From Mobula birostris (taxonomy: Eukaryota): a stretch of DNA of 64,000 nt. Location of the stretch: positions 31,499,474-31,563,473 of the forward strand of contig NC_092396.1 of the NCBI RefSeq assembly GCF_030028105.1, given 5' to 3'. Shown here one piece after another: positions 1-13,800 of the stretch. Position numbers and translations under genes: made by a program. The first letter of the stretch is position 1; each line of letters opens with the position of its first letter. Under the pieces are notes generated by a model. The model worked only from the letters and a program-made list of their open reading frames with translations. It made no database searches and was not told the DNA's origin.

Positions 1-34
1 CCAGAGCAACACACACAAAATGTTGGAGGAATTC

Positions 35-1524
35 TATGGATTGAGTTAAGAAATCACAAGGGATGTGGATTACAAATTACAGCAGGAGATAGAAAAGGCG
101 TATCAGAAGGGCAATGTCATGATAATTGTTGGGGATTTTAACATGAAAGTGGATTGGGAAAACCAGACCAGTGCTGGACCTCAAGAGAGAGAATTTGTAG
201 AATGTCTAAGAGATGGCTTTTTAGAACAGCTTGTTGTTGAGCCCACTAGGGGATTGACTGTTCTGGACTGGATGTTGTGCAATAATCTGGAGGTGATAAG
301 AGAGCTTAAGTTTAAGGAACCCTTAGGGAACAGTGATCACAATATGATCAAGTTCACTTTGAAATTTCAGAAGGAGAAACTAAATTCCAATTTGTCAGTA
401 TTTCAGTGGAATAAAGGAAATTATAATATCATTAGAAGGGAACTGGCCAAGGTTGACTGGAAAGAGACACTACCAAGAAGGACAGCAGAGCAGCAACGGC
501 TCGAGTTTCTGCGAAAAATGAGGGAGGTGCAAGACAGATATATTCCAAATAAGAAGAAATTTTCGAATAGAAGAAGGACACTACTGTGGCTGACAAGTGA
601 AGTCAGAGCCAATGTGAAAGCAAAAGAGAGGGCATACAAGGAAGCCAAAACAAGTGGGAAGATAGAGGATTGGGAATCTTATAAAAACTTGCAGAAGGAA
701 ACTAAGAAGATCATTAGGAAGAAAAAGATGAATTATGAAAGGAAGCTGGTGACTAATATCAAAAAAGATACTAGAAGAATTTTTAAGCATATAAAGGGTA
801 AAAGAGAGTCGCGGGTAGATGTAGGACCAATAAGAAATGATGCTGGAGATATTGTAGTGAGAGACGCAGAGATAGCAGAGGAACTGAATGCGTATTTTCC
901 ATCAGTCTTCACAGTGGAAGATATCTGCAGTATACTGGACATTCAAGAGTGTCAGGGAAGTGAAGTATGTGCAGTGAACATTACAACCGAGAAGTTGCTC
1001 AGGAAGCTTAATAGTCTGAGGGTGGATAAATCTCCTGGACCTGATAAAATGCACCCTTGGGTTCTGAAGGAAGTAGCTAGAGAGATTCTGGCATTGTACT
1101 GGATGACTGTACAATGTCTTTATTCTTTGGAGCTTAGAAGGTTGAGGGGGGCTTGATAGAGGTGTTTAAAATTATGAGGGGGGTTGATAGAGTTGACGTG
1201 GATAGGCTTTTTCCATTGAGAATGGGGGAAATTCAAACAAGAGGACATGAGTTGAGAGTTAAAGGGCAAAAGTTTAGGGGTAACATGAGGGGGAGCTTCT
1301 TTACTCAGAGAGTGGTAGCTGTGTGGAATGAGCTTCCAGCAGAAGTGGTTGAAGCAGGTTCGATGTTGTCATTTAAGGTTAAATTGGATAGATACATGGA
1401 CAGGAAAGGAATGGAGGGTTATGGGCTGAGTGCAGGTCAGTGGGACTAGGCGAGAGTAAGAGTTCAGCACGGACTAGAAGGGCCGAGATGGCCTGTTTCC
1501 GTGCTGTAATTGTTATATGGTTAT
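35..1524 (+). mobile_element. CR1 LINE fragment (APE C-terminus + linker, then 3' end; RT core absent)
   Basis: ORF 65-1156 has VGDFN, LDWML, GNSDHN, ELNAYF, KSPGPD. ORF 1153-1449 has the CR1 C-terminus (LIEVFKIMRG, FFTQRVV..WN.LP). Confidence 0.92.
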
Positions 1525-3320
1525 AATTTAGCAGGTCAGGCAGCATCTATGGAAATGAATTATCAGTCAACATTTCAGACCAAGACTCTTCTTTGAGACT
1601 GAGAAGGAAAAGGGAAGACAGCAAAATAAAAAAGGTGAGGGGAGGGGAAGAAGAACTTGCTAGATGATGATAGGCGAAGCCAGGTGGGTGAGAAGGGTAA
1701 AGGGCTGGAGAAGAGGGAATCTGAGAGGGGAAGAGAGTGGACAGTGGGAGAAAGGGAAGAAGGAGGGGCACCCGGGGGAAGTGATAGGCAATTGAGGAGA
1801 AGAGACGAGGCCAGAGCGGGGATAAGAAGAAGAGGGAAGGGCGGAGTGAAAAAAATGACCAGAAGTTTAAATCAACGTTCATGTCACCAGGTAGAAGGCT
1901 ACCTGGACGGGATAAGGGGTTTTTCCCCTCTACCCAAGAGCGGCTTCAGTATGGCAAAAGAGAATGGGGATAGGAATCAAAATGGAAAGCTACCCCTCCA
2001 ACTTACATCATCGCTCTCACCAATGCAGAGAAGGCTGCATCAGCAGCACTGGATACAAAAGACAGCTCCAACAGATTCACAGCTGACGTCAGCATTGGAC
2101 TGGTTGGGGCCCTGAAAGGGGGTAAGGGAGGAGGTGAATGGGCAGGTGTAGCATTTCTGTTGCTTGCAGGGAGGGACAAACAGACAATGGAGTCCCTGCA
2201 GAAAGTGGAGCATGGGAGAAGGTAGAGATGTGTTTAGTGGTAGGATCCCATTGAAGATGGAGGTTGTGTAGAATGAAATGTTGGATGAGAAGGCCCATGG
2301 AGTGGTCTGTGAGGACAAATGGAACTCTATCCCTATTGTCGCCAGGAAGATGGGCTGAGTGTAGATGTCTGGAAAGTTGAGGAGATGGGTGAGGGCAACA
2401 TCAGTTGTGGAGGAAGATGAAGGACATCTCTTATGTCCAAGAAGGGAAAACCTCACCCTGGCAACAGAAGCAGCAGAGACAAAGGAACTGAGAAAAGGGA
2501 ACAGAATTTTTACAGGAGACTGGGTGGGAAGGGATATAGTCAAAATAGCCGTGGGAATAGGTAGGTTTATAAAAGATGCCATTAGGCAGTTTGTCTTCAG
2601 GGAGATTGAGAAAGGGGAGAGATATGTCAGAAATGGACTAAATGAATGCAAGGGTAGGGTGGATGTTGGAGGCAAAGTTGCAGAAATTGAGGAGCTCAGC
2701 ATGGGTGCATGAAGCAGCACCAATGCAGTCGTCAATGTAGTGCAGGAGGAGTTGAGGTGCATTACCGGGGAAGGCTTGGAACATGGACTGTTCTACATAG
2801 CCAACAAAAAGGCAGGCATAGCTGGGGTGTATGTGGGTGCCAATGACTACCCTTTGGGTTTGGAGAAAGTGGGAGGTACTGAAGGAGGAATTATTGAGGG
2901 TGATGACCAGTTCTTTCAGACGGAAGAGGGTGGTGGTGGAGGAGGAATGGTTGGAAAAGAAGTGGAGAGCTGTGAGGCCTTCTTAAAGGGGGATAGAAGT
3001 GTATAGGGACTGGACATCTATGGCAAAAATAAAGCAGTCAGGGCCAGGGGATTAAAAATTGCCGAGGAGATCGAGAGCAAATGAAATGTGGTGGATGTAG
3101 GTGGGAAGGGACTGAACCAAGGGGGATAGAATGGAGTCATGGTACACAGACAGTGGAGCAGGAGTAGACAGAAACAATGGACAGTCAGGTAGGAGGTAGA
3201 AATGAGCAGCATAGGGGAGGGGAACTGAGTTGGTGCCAATAAATGGGAGTTCTCCAGAGCTGCTAAGGTCAGTGATGGTGTCGGAGACAATTTTCTGATG
3301 GGCTGGTGTGGGGTCCAAAG
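1525..3320 (-). mobile_element. Degenerate Penelope-like element (RT, GIY-YIG, pLTR); its tail continues at 1-34 beyond the CR1 insertion
   Basis: Minus strand reads FYKPTYSHGYFDYIPSHPVSCKNSVPFSQFL-like (PLE RT C-terminus) and CESVGAVFCIQC (GIY-YIG start), followed by a pyrimidine-rich pLTR ending gatgctgcctgacctgct. Confidence 0.88.
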
Positions 3321-4043
3321 GGAAACTAGTCTACTTTGTCAATTTGATTTTGTTCTTCATGAGCTGTCCCAATTAACCAATGGCCCAATTAACCGGAATC
3401 TACTGTACCTCCACTAGAGGGAATATCTTCTCAATAATCTCTGTGCTTCATTATCATCTCTCATTCATTTGAATTCTGGTAAGTCCAAACTGCTCGATCT
3501 TTCTTCATATTATCAGTCCTGTAACCCAGGATCAACCTGGATAAATTTGTCTGTGCTGCCACCAATACAAATGGATCTTTCCTTAATTATAGACATCAAT
3601 ACTTTCACAGTTCGTCACAGACAGAATTAATAGTGGTCTACACGTTTACGAGATTATTTTCCTACTTTTACATGCCACAAAAGCCAACATTCTCAATAAC
3701 CTGCTGTACCTGCATCCAGCCCTTTATACATCATGTACTGGAACCCCCAGATCCTTTGTACTGCAGCATTTTATGGTTTTACCTCATAATTTGCTTTTAT
3801 ATCTTTCCTCCCAAGATGAATAACTTCTCATTTTGTCACAATGTCCTGTCTATCAAGTGTCTTCCCACTCACATAACCCTTTGTCCCTTTGCTGACTCTT
3901 GAGCCCATCTCACAGTCCGCTAATTCAGCAGTACAATCCTTTGTCCAAGTCAGCCGTGTAAGTTGTAAATAGTTATGGACACAGCATTGAGCATTGTGGC
4001 ACCCCACTAATTTAATGATTGCCAATCCGAATATGAAGCATCA

Positions 4044-4235
4044 ACAACACACAGAAAATGCTGGAGGAATGCAGCAGGCCAGGCAGCACCAATGGAAAAA
4101 AGTATAGTCTACGTTTCCGGCTGAAACCCCATGTAGACAGTACTGTTTTCCATAGATGCTGCCTGGCCTGCTGAGTTCCTCCAGCATTTTGTGTGTGTTG
4201 CTCGGATTTCTAGCATCTGCAAGTTATCCTTTGTT
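4044..4235. mobile_element. Short fold-back PLE-pLTR insertion with 12-bp TSD
   Basis: Inverted pLTR tails; TATGAAGCATCA at 4032-4043 and 4236-4247. Confidence 0.88.
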
Positions 4236-4289
4236 TATGAAGCATCAGCATGTGCCATCCATGTGCATTATGGGCAACATAGTGCAGCC

Positions 4290-4465
4290 ATTTGATCTTC
4301 CAACTTACACACCTTTGGGACGTGGGAGGAATCCAGAGCACCCAGAGGAAAGCAATGGGTCACAGGGAGAACGTACAAACTCCCTGCAGGCAGCACCAGA
4401 GGTCAGGATTGAACCCAGATTTTTAGATCTGTAGAGCTACCGGCTGCACCACTGTGCCACCCTGA
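4290..4465 (-). mobile_element. V-type (HE1-like) tRNA-derived SINE
   Basis: Reverse complement of the ...ttcctctgggtgctctggattcctcccacgtcccaaag core. Related copies near 5100-5250, 8930-9105, 11330-11510, 16680-16900, 18080-18300 and 52765-53045. Confidence 0.7.
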
Positions 4466-4740
4466 GAAATCATGAGTTTGAAGCCCGAAGGATATTTCTG
4501 TTCACTGGTGCATGGCAGCTTGGGCATTACTGAGAACTTTAACTCTGAAATCCAAAGGCAATTATCCTAGTTCAGTATCACGTTTATCTTCTCAGCCTTT
4601 TGGACAGCCTCTGAAAGGGCTTTTCCCAAACAGTGCCCACTTGCCTCTCTTTCAGTGGTTGACCGCCACCTCTGTGCTCTATCTTCTCTTTATCTACCAT
4701 GAGACTGCTTAAAATGTGTCCCCTTATGTCTGCGTTTCAG

Positions 4741-4893
4741 ATTAAGATGTTGGACAAGGCAGTGGCTGCAGCTCACACTTTCTACGTGATGAACCCAGAT
4801 CACCTGGAGATGCGTCAAAATCTGGAGTATTACAAGATGATGGCTGGTGTGAAGGATACTGATTTTAAGGATCTTGAAGCCAAACCCCATATG
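4741..4893 (+). CDS. P3H1: P3H1 exon 2 (153 nt)
   Basis: tttcag|ATT...ATG|gtaatg; IKMLDKAVAAAHTFYVMNPDHLEMRQNLEYYKMMAGVKDTDFKDLEAKPHM. Confidence 0.96.
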
Positions 4894-7800
4894 GTAATGA
4901 CACACTACTGTTCTACTGAACTAACAGGTCTAATAATGCAAGATTCTGACTGTTAGCTATATCCCAGGAAGGGAGCAGCAATATAGCAGCACTGATATGA
5001 TGGCTGACAGCAGTATATTTGGCAGAATAGTTTTTTCTTGGCCCCAGTGATCACCCCCCTCCTCCCGTTCTGTCTGCGTGGCACTTACACATGTTCCTCC
5101 TGGCTGAGTGGGATTTCCCTGAGGTGCTCCGGTTTTCTTGCTGACCCTTAGAGAAATTCCATCTCAAACCTTCCCCCACTCATTTCCACAAAAGACTAGT
5201 TAGGTTAAATGCCACTGTAAATTACCCTTAGTGGAGATGGACAGTGGGAAAAGAGGGTGAAGATATTGGGCATGTGAGAGAGAATAGGTTACAAGGTTCA
5301 AGGTACATTTAGTATCAAAGTATACATCTCTGAGATTTGTCTTCTCCAGACAGCCATGAAACGAAGAAAACCATGGAAGCGGGTTTCTGTACCTTCTCTC
5401 TGACAGTACCTCCTCTCTTCACCTCCTCCCACGTGCAAAATAAACAAATCGCACAAACAGCAACAGATACATCAACACCCCACCCCTCAACCCATAGAAA
5501 AATCATGCAAAGGGCAACAAGAACATCATCTCCCCTCACCCTACCATGCGCAGAATACAGGGAGGTAAGTAAGTGAATCGTTTCAATGAGGTTGCTCTGA
5601 GAGCCAGCAGAGACAGGATGGGCCAAATGGCTTTGTTCTACATGCCAAGAAAATAGGAAGTTTCTGTGAGGACTTGGCAGGGTTAATGCTGAGAGACTCA
5701 CGAGATGGTAGACGCTGAGATCTGGAAAAACATACAAAAAGGTGGAGGAATTAAGCAGGTTAGGCAGCATCTATGAAGGGAAATGGACAGCTGGCATTTC
5801 AGATCGAGACCCTTCATCTGGACTGAAACATAGAGGGGAGATAGCCAGTGTAAAAAGGTGAGGGAAAGCGTGAAGCAATAGCTGGCAGGTGATAGGTGGA
5901 TCCAGGTGAGGAGGGGTGATAGGTAGATGGAGGAGGAATAGTGACAGAAGGTGGGAGGTGATGGGTGGAGGCTACAAAGGGTTGACGAAGAATGAGGAGT
6001 AATGACGCAGTGTTCATGGGCAGAAACGGTTCCAGAGAAGAAACGGCAAAGGCGGGTTACTGGCGCCTTAAAACCAGTCACTTTGGGCAGATGGGGGCTT
6101 GTCAGCCATTCTTGGCTGTTCATCTAGGGGAAGGAGAACTCTGATCTCAAGCCTCTGCTGCCTTGTGGCTATACCCACCCATGTGTAAGGTTTCGAGAGG
6201 GAACTCCAAGGAAAAATCCAGAGCTGGAGTCCCTAAGGCAGACCTATATTGGGTTCAACGCTGACTGGAAACTCCCTCAACACTGCCGATGCCAAACTGT
6301 ATCAGTCCCCTCTGCTCCTTTGGATCCATCAGCTGCGTGGAGAGGGGGAGCTTGCTGCGTGGGCAACAGCTTGCTCTCATCTTGTACTGCCCGAGCTTGC
6401 AAGACAGTGCTAACATAGAGAGCAAGAACACAACATCCATGGTTGACCCCGACCGGCAGAGGGCCTCAATCAGTTCATGGGTTCATAGACCACTCATAAA
6501 TCTGAAGGCAGAGGGGAAGAAGCTGTTCCTGAATCATTATTGAGTGTGAGTCATCGGGTTCCTGTACTTCCTCCCTGACGGTAGTAATGAGAAGAGGGAA
6601 TGTCCTGGATGGTGAGGGTCATTAATGACAGATTCCACCTGCTTAAGACACTGGCTTTCGAAGACGTCCTTCCTTGCTGGTGGGGAAACTTGTGCCTGTG
6701 ACGCAGCTGGTTGGGTCTACAATCTTCTGCAGACTCTTGCAATCCTGTGTATTGCAACCTCCATACTGGGTTGTGATGCAACAGGTCAAAATGCTATAGA
6801 GATCTGCAGGAGTCTTTGGTGACATACCAAATCACCTCAAACTCCTAACAAAGTAGAGCTACGGGTTTGCCTTCTTCATGATTGCATAAATGTGTTGGAC
6901 CAAGGACGACTCTCCAAGAGGTTGACACCCAGTAACTTGAAGCTGCTCATCCTTTCCACCACCAACCGACCCCTCAAGGAGAATGGTGTGTGTTCTCACA
7001 ACATCCCCTTCTGGAGGTTCACAATTGATTCCTTGGTCTTGCTGACTTGGAGTACAAGCTTGTTGTTGCAACACCACTAAGCCAATTCATGACACTCCTC
7101 CATGCCTCCTCGTTGCCATCTGAGATTTTACCAACAATGATATCACCTGCAGACTCGTGGATGGCTTTTCAATCGTGCTCAGCCAGGTTTAGAAGCTTGA
7201 TGGTTAAAACCAAGGGGAAGATATTGTTGAACACTGAGCTGCCATCGACACACAGCAGCCTGGTGTTTTTGTTTTCCTGTTGTCCAGGTGTTCCAAAGCA
7301 GAGTGGAGAGTCAGTGAGATTGTATCTGCTGTAGCCCTGTTGTGGCAGTGGGTGATTTAAGATGGCAGCAGACCATCTGATAAATTTGGGATGTGGACTC
7401 TGGGGATAGATATTTAGCATTTAGATTCAATGTGATTTGGAAACTCCTGTCACTGACCACACTTGATGCTCTGAGTTCTACCCTGGGATGTACAAGTTAA
7501 AGTCAAAGTCAAGTTTATTATCACACACACAAGTACATAGAAACACAGAAAACATACAGCACAATACAGGCCCTTCGGCCCACAAAGCTGTGCCCTAGAA
7601 ATTACCTAGGCTTTACCCATAGTCCTCTATTTTTCTAAGCTCCATGTAGCCATCCAGGAGTCTCTTAAAGACTCTATCGTTTCTGCCTCCACCACTGTCA
7701 CCGGCAGCCCATTCCACGCACTCACCACACTCTGCGTAAAAAACTTAACCCTGACATCTCCTCTGTACCTACTTCCAAGCACTTTAAAACTATGCCCTCT

Positions 7801-10800
7801 CGTGCTAGCCACTTCAGCCCTGGTGAAAAGCCTCTGACTATTCACAGTACATATATGCACAGGAGCAATGGAAAACTTACTCACAGGCACATACAGTATC
7901 ATCATATAAGCAGTATTCACAAGAAAAATGTAAATTAAACATAAATTATACACAATTTTTTAACTAATTGTACGAAAACTAAGTCCATTTTACTGCAAAG
8001 TGATGGAGGTGGCCACAGTGTTGCTAAACTGTAGTGATTAGGGTTGTGCCATAGTTCAAGAACTGAAAGGTGAAAGGCTTGCAGCTGTTCTTATACCTGG
8101 TGGTGAAGGACTTAAGGCTTCTGTACCTCTTGCCTGATAGTAGTTGTGAGAAGGTAGTGGGGGCATAAACACAGATCGCTGAACGAGGTATTTAAGGCAG
8201 GTGTGTATTGTGTGTAGTTGACAATGTGGAGAAATTATATGATCACATTTCTGTTTTCTTGTTCTTCAGGAAGCTTTCCGTAAAGGAGTTCGGCTTTATA
8301 CAGACGAGCAGTTTAAGCATTCAATCAGTTTTTTGGAAAATGCATTGGTGGAGTACTTCAAAGCGGATGCTGAGTGCCGAGCCCTTTGTGAGGGCCCATA
8401 CAACTTTGATGGGTATAATTACATGGAGTACAATGCAGACCTCTACCAGGCTATTACAGGTACCTCCATTCTTCTTGTCTCCTTTTCTTCCTAAATCCAA
8501 CGTGCTCCAGGGATCCTTCCTTAGCCTTCGTTGTCGGCTCCAATGAAACACCACTGTGGGAATGCTTCCGTGACCGCAGTGGCATTTTTCAGACAAGATA
8601 GCAGGTCATTAATGTAGATTCCCTCAAGAGAACCAACAACCTCCCCTGGCGTCATCCTGAAAATACTACCCAAAGGGTCCTGACCAGTACTTATCCTTCA
8701 ACCACCATTACAAAGCACAGGTTGTCCACCCGTTCTCACATTGCTCTTTGTGGGATCCAGCTGTGCATGCATTGGTTCCGTGTTTCCTACTTTATAATAA
8801 TTGTACCTCAAAGTTAGATTTATAAGATCAGCTTTATTTGTCACATGTACATCGAAACACACAGTGAGATGCGCCCTCTGCGTCAGTGAGGATTGAGCTG
8901 GGCAGCCCTCATGTATCGCCATGCTTTCTGCACCAACAGCTCACTAACCCTAACCATACGTCTTTGGATTGTGGGAGGAAACTGGAGCACTCGGAGGGAA
9001 CCCATGCGGTCACCGGGAGGAAGTGCAAACTCCTTACAGGCCCCAGTGGGAATTGAGCCCCCAATATTACAGCTGAGGCTGTGGTAGCGTTACGCTACTG
9101 TGCTGCTCAACGGGATCTTCCTCTGCTGATGGGAGAGGGGCAAAGAGCGAACGTCCGAGGTGGGGTTTTGATTTTGCTGGCTGTTTTACTGAGGCAGTGA
9201 GAAGTAAAGACGGAGTCCATAGGGGATGGGGGAGGGCCTGGTTTCTGTGATTGAGTACATTGCCGATTGTCTTGCCGATGTGGAAGCTACTCCACAAATA
9301 CATGACTTTACGGTCATCCTGGAGTCTCAGGGGCTGCTGTTCCTGCTGCCTTTCTCTGAATGAAAGGGAGACGATGAGAAGCTGTCACATGGAATCTGTA
9401 GTGGAAGTGGCTTTGCTGTTGGCTTATTACTGCAGCGTGTACCAAGACACAGTGAAACGCTTGTCGTTCATACCTTTCCCACAAACCAAATCGTTACACA
9501 GAGCATTGAGGTAGTACAAGGTAAAACAATAATGGAGTGCAGAATGAAGTGAGAAAATGCAGTGCAGTTAAACAAAGTGCAAGATCATGACAAGGTCAAT
9601 TGTGAGGTCAAGAGTCCATCTTCCCATAGTTCAACAGTCTTATTACAGCAGGGTAGAAGTTATCCTTGAGCCTGCTATTAGGTTTTTATGTCTTTTGCCT
9701 GATGGGAGAGGGGAAAAGAGAGCAAGTCTGGCAATGGGTCTTGATTATGCTAGATGTTTTACTGAGGCAGTGAGAAGTGTAGACAGAGTCCATCGAGGGA
9801 GGGGAGAATGGTTGCCGTGATGTGTTGCAATGAGTTGCCCTAGCGTGACCGTTTGCCTGGGGCTAAGACGCTCAATGTCTCATTACCGAGCATTCTGCCA
9901 TCAGCTTTGTCCTGGCTCAGTGACTGCCCACCCAGCAAACACCATGCACAAGATGGGAAACTGTCCCTTTCTGCTCAATGTTCAGCTCTGTTGTGAAATA
10001 ATGAAAAATCTCTGTGCTTTGGACTTGATAAGTTGGATGCCTCTTTTGTTATCTTCATCGGAGCTCTCTATCCCGGCCAAACGAACCACTGAGCAGCCCC
10101 AGATACCCACTCCCACAGCCACTTTAAAAAGAGAGGGAGAGTGATTTCTACAGAATTAGTGCAGATATTCCCAACTCTTGCTGTACAGTTAGTACAATGT
10201 GGCCTAACATAGACTCTCATTCAGCAGGAATTTCTTTAGCCAGAGGGTGGCAAATCTGTGGAATTCATTGCCACTCACGGCTGTGGAGACCAGGTCACTA
10301 TATTTAAAGCAGAGGAGCAGAGGTCGATAGGTTCATTAATTAGTAAGGGCATTAAAGGCTACGGGGAGAAGGCAGGAAAATGGGGTTGAGAGGGATAGTA
10401 ATCAGCCATGGTGAAATGATGGATCAGGCTTGATGGGCCAAATGGCCTAATTCTGCTCCTATGTATATGGCCTTGTGGAATATCTCTCCTGGCATGGCTG
10501 GAACACTGGAACTCACTGCCCCTGCCGGGGACATCATGCAGTGTTAGCACCAATCATCAGGGATTTGGCCACGGATCCTTGCATAAACTTTACCAAATCT
10601 CACTGGAGATCTACAGAATTGTACAAACATCTCCAAAGCAGGTAAGTTTTTTACATTGGTATGACATAGATCGGATGTGTAATTGAGCATTGAATTCCAC
10701 CTTCTGCTGTCTGTCTTCAGATCACTATATTCAAGTGCTGAACTGCAAACAGAACTGTGTGACTGAGCTGGCCACCCGGCCTGACAGGGAAGCACCCGTC

Positions 10801-13800
10801 GAAGACTTCCTCCCCACCCATTTCGACTACCTTCAATTCGCTTATTACAACTGTAAGTGCTTTGGGGTGTCTGTGACGACCTCACCTCACTTTCTCATTT
10901 TGCTCAGGTGCTGAGAATGGTTCGCTTCTTCAGTGAATGACATCGTGGTGACAGATCCCGTAAAGGTGTACTCTTAGTTGTTTCCTTCTCTTCCCTCAGT
11001 TCGCACTGAGAAAGAGTTCCACGGTTACTGAGACCCAAAGTGTGAGCAGGAATTTGGAGGGGCATGCAGACAGGTCCTGAATATCAGGGGGCAAATTTTT
11101 GTTAGCACGTTCCCAACATCACTTTATATTTCAATGACACATATCCTTTGGGTCCATGCTGGAGTACTAGCCCCATGGACTCATAGAGAGGTAGGCCCTT
11201 TGGCTCACTGAGTGTGAGCCGATTAACAGCCACCCATTTATTCAGACTCCACTTAAAAAGAAATTTCCCCACATTTCCATCAACTCTCCCCAGATTCTAC
11301 CAGTTGTCTACCCTCCAGGGACGGTATACAGTGGTTAATTAACCCACTGAGCAGCATACCTCTGGGATGTGAGAGGAATCTCGAGCACCCGGACTAAAAA
11401 CCCATTGTAGTCATAGGGGAAAGGAGCAAACTTCAAACGGACAACAGGAGTAAACTGGGGTCTCTGGAGTTGTGAGATAGCAGTTTTACAGCTGCGCTAC
11501 TGCGCCACAAACTTTAAAGTATTTATTATGTGTTTGTGGGTAAGGGTTGTTGAGGCTTGGCCCTTGTGCACACCCCTGCCTTACCACACATGTGACCTGG
11601 AGTGTGAATCTCGTCAGCATATCTAGTTGTTCTGGTACTTCATGGCTGTGTCGTCCCTCGAGCAGCATTGTGAAATGGACAAAGCAGGGTGGTGGTTATG
11701 CTCCCATCCATCACCTTCAGCCATTAATTCAGATGACTGAATTAAGCCGCTCTTTGGTGAAGCAAGAGGATCCATTTTCAAATGTTTTCTAAAGACATAC
11801 ACGTGGTTTGCACTGTTTACTGGATATCGAGGTATATTTGTAAAAGGAGCATATCTAGGGCTATGACAAAAGAGTACGAGCGTGGGACTAATTAGATCAC
11901 AATTCACAAAGACTAGTACAACCACAAGGGGCTGAATGCCCTTCTGTGAAATATGATTAAATGATTAGCACAGATTTGAAAATACTGTAATAAATGTTAT
12001 GATGTGTTTCTGGTCCCTGGTTGCTCCCTTTTTGTTGCAATTTTGGGTGACTTTGAATCGGGGTGGCCCGTAGGTAATGAACACTGAGCTGAACTGAATA
12101 TGCCTAGACTCTTTCGACTTTGTGCTTTATGTTCTAGGTTTTTGTTTTGGTTTTCGTTTGCACAATTTGTGTTTTTTATCGCATGTGGCAGGGTGGGGGA
12201 GGGGGGCTGATTATTTTTCTTTGAACAGGTTCTGTGGTTTTCTTAGTTTCATGGTTGTTTGTGACAAGACAAATCTCAGGGTTGTATATTGCATCCATGC
12301 TTTGATAATAAATCTTCCTTGAACCTTCAATTTTTGAATCTTTCAGTTAAACACTGGTGCATTTTGAATAATATTTGCCGTAATCATCTATGGGAGGGAA
12401 AAAATGATAAAACTGATCTTTCCTGCTCTCAGTTGGACTATTAAGTTAAAAAAAGGCTTCTGTTTTGTAAAAGTGCTTATCCACATTCTGTGAACTCACT
12501 GTTAATTACTTCTCTCGTTTCTCATTTCAGCTGAGAATTATTCCCAGGCCATTGAGTGTGCCAAGACCTATCTGCTTTTCTATCCAAATGATGAAGTGAT
12601 GAATCAGAACCTTCAGTATTACCAGGCAGTGCTGGGAGAAGATTTGTCCGAAGATCTCACGCACAGAGAGGTAGATAGAGTCCAAATATAGTGCTGCTCG
12701 TCTAGCTCATCTAACCCTTAATAACGAAGGGTTATAATAATTCAGAGGATCAATTTTGCAGACACTCCTCCACTTCCTTACGATTATGCCGGAGGGTGTC
12801 AGCCCCAGGATGAAGTTGAGGAGATCATGAGTGGTGTCAGCCCCAGGATGAAGTTGAGGAGATCATGAGTAACATGTATTCCTCCTTTGTTGTAAGACCT
12901 GGTGGCTTACCCTCTTGCTCTGAGCATAATGTAGAACACAGGAAGCCAGTCAGAGTAAAAATCATCCGAAAACAGATCCCCCCCAGTCGCTTTGACAATG
13001 TTCTGCCCTATATCACCAAAGAGCAGATTAAGTGGTTGCCAATACTTAGGGCTATTTCGGTTCCCAATTTTGGCTGCTGAGCTTGGTAAAGAAATTTGAA
13101 GCTCTCAGAGATGTTTCTGAACAATATGACAGGTTTCTGAAGAAACAGAAGGATTGTAGTTTCTTTCTGTCGTTCAGATTCAAAGGCTGTTACACAATAT
13201 CTTAAAAACCACTAAAAATGTCTTCTTCTATCCAATTGGAAATATTCCTCCTCCACCACTAAGCACATCTTTCCCTCTCCACCCCTCTCCGCTTTCCGCA
13301 GGGATCGGTTCCTCCTCAACTCCCTTATCCACACGTCCATCCCCACTGATCTCCCAGCCGGCCTGTTCCTACACCTCATCTCTTGCAACCAGTCAGGGCC
13401 CCAAACAGTCCTTCCAGGTGAGACAACACTTCACTTGTGAGTCTGTTGGGGTCATCTATTGCATCCGGTGCTCCTGGTGCGGCCTCCTCTACATCGGTGA
13501 AACCCGACGCAGATTGGGGGACTGCTTCGTCGAGCACCTCCACTCTGTCCGCCACAACAGACAGGATCTCCCAGTAGCCACCCACTTCAACTCTGCTTCC
13601 CATTCCCATTCAGATATGTCCATACATGGCCTCCTCTACTGCCATGATGAGGCTGAACTCAGGTTGGAGGAGCAACACCTCATATACCGTCTGGGTAGTC
13701 TCCAGCCCCTTGGTATGAACATTGAATTCTCCAGCTTCCGGTAATTCCCTCCACCTCCTTTCCTCTATCCCTATTTCACTCTACCCCCTCCCCCAGCTCC

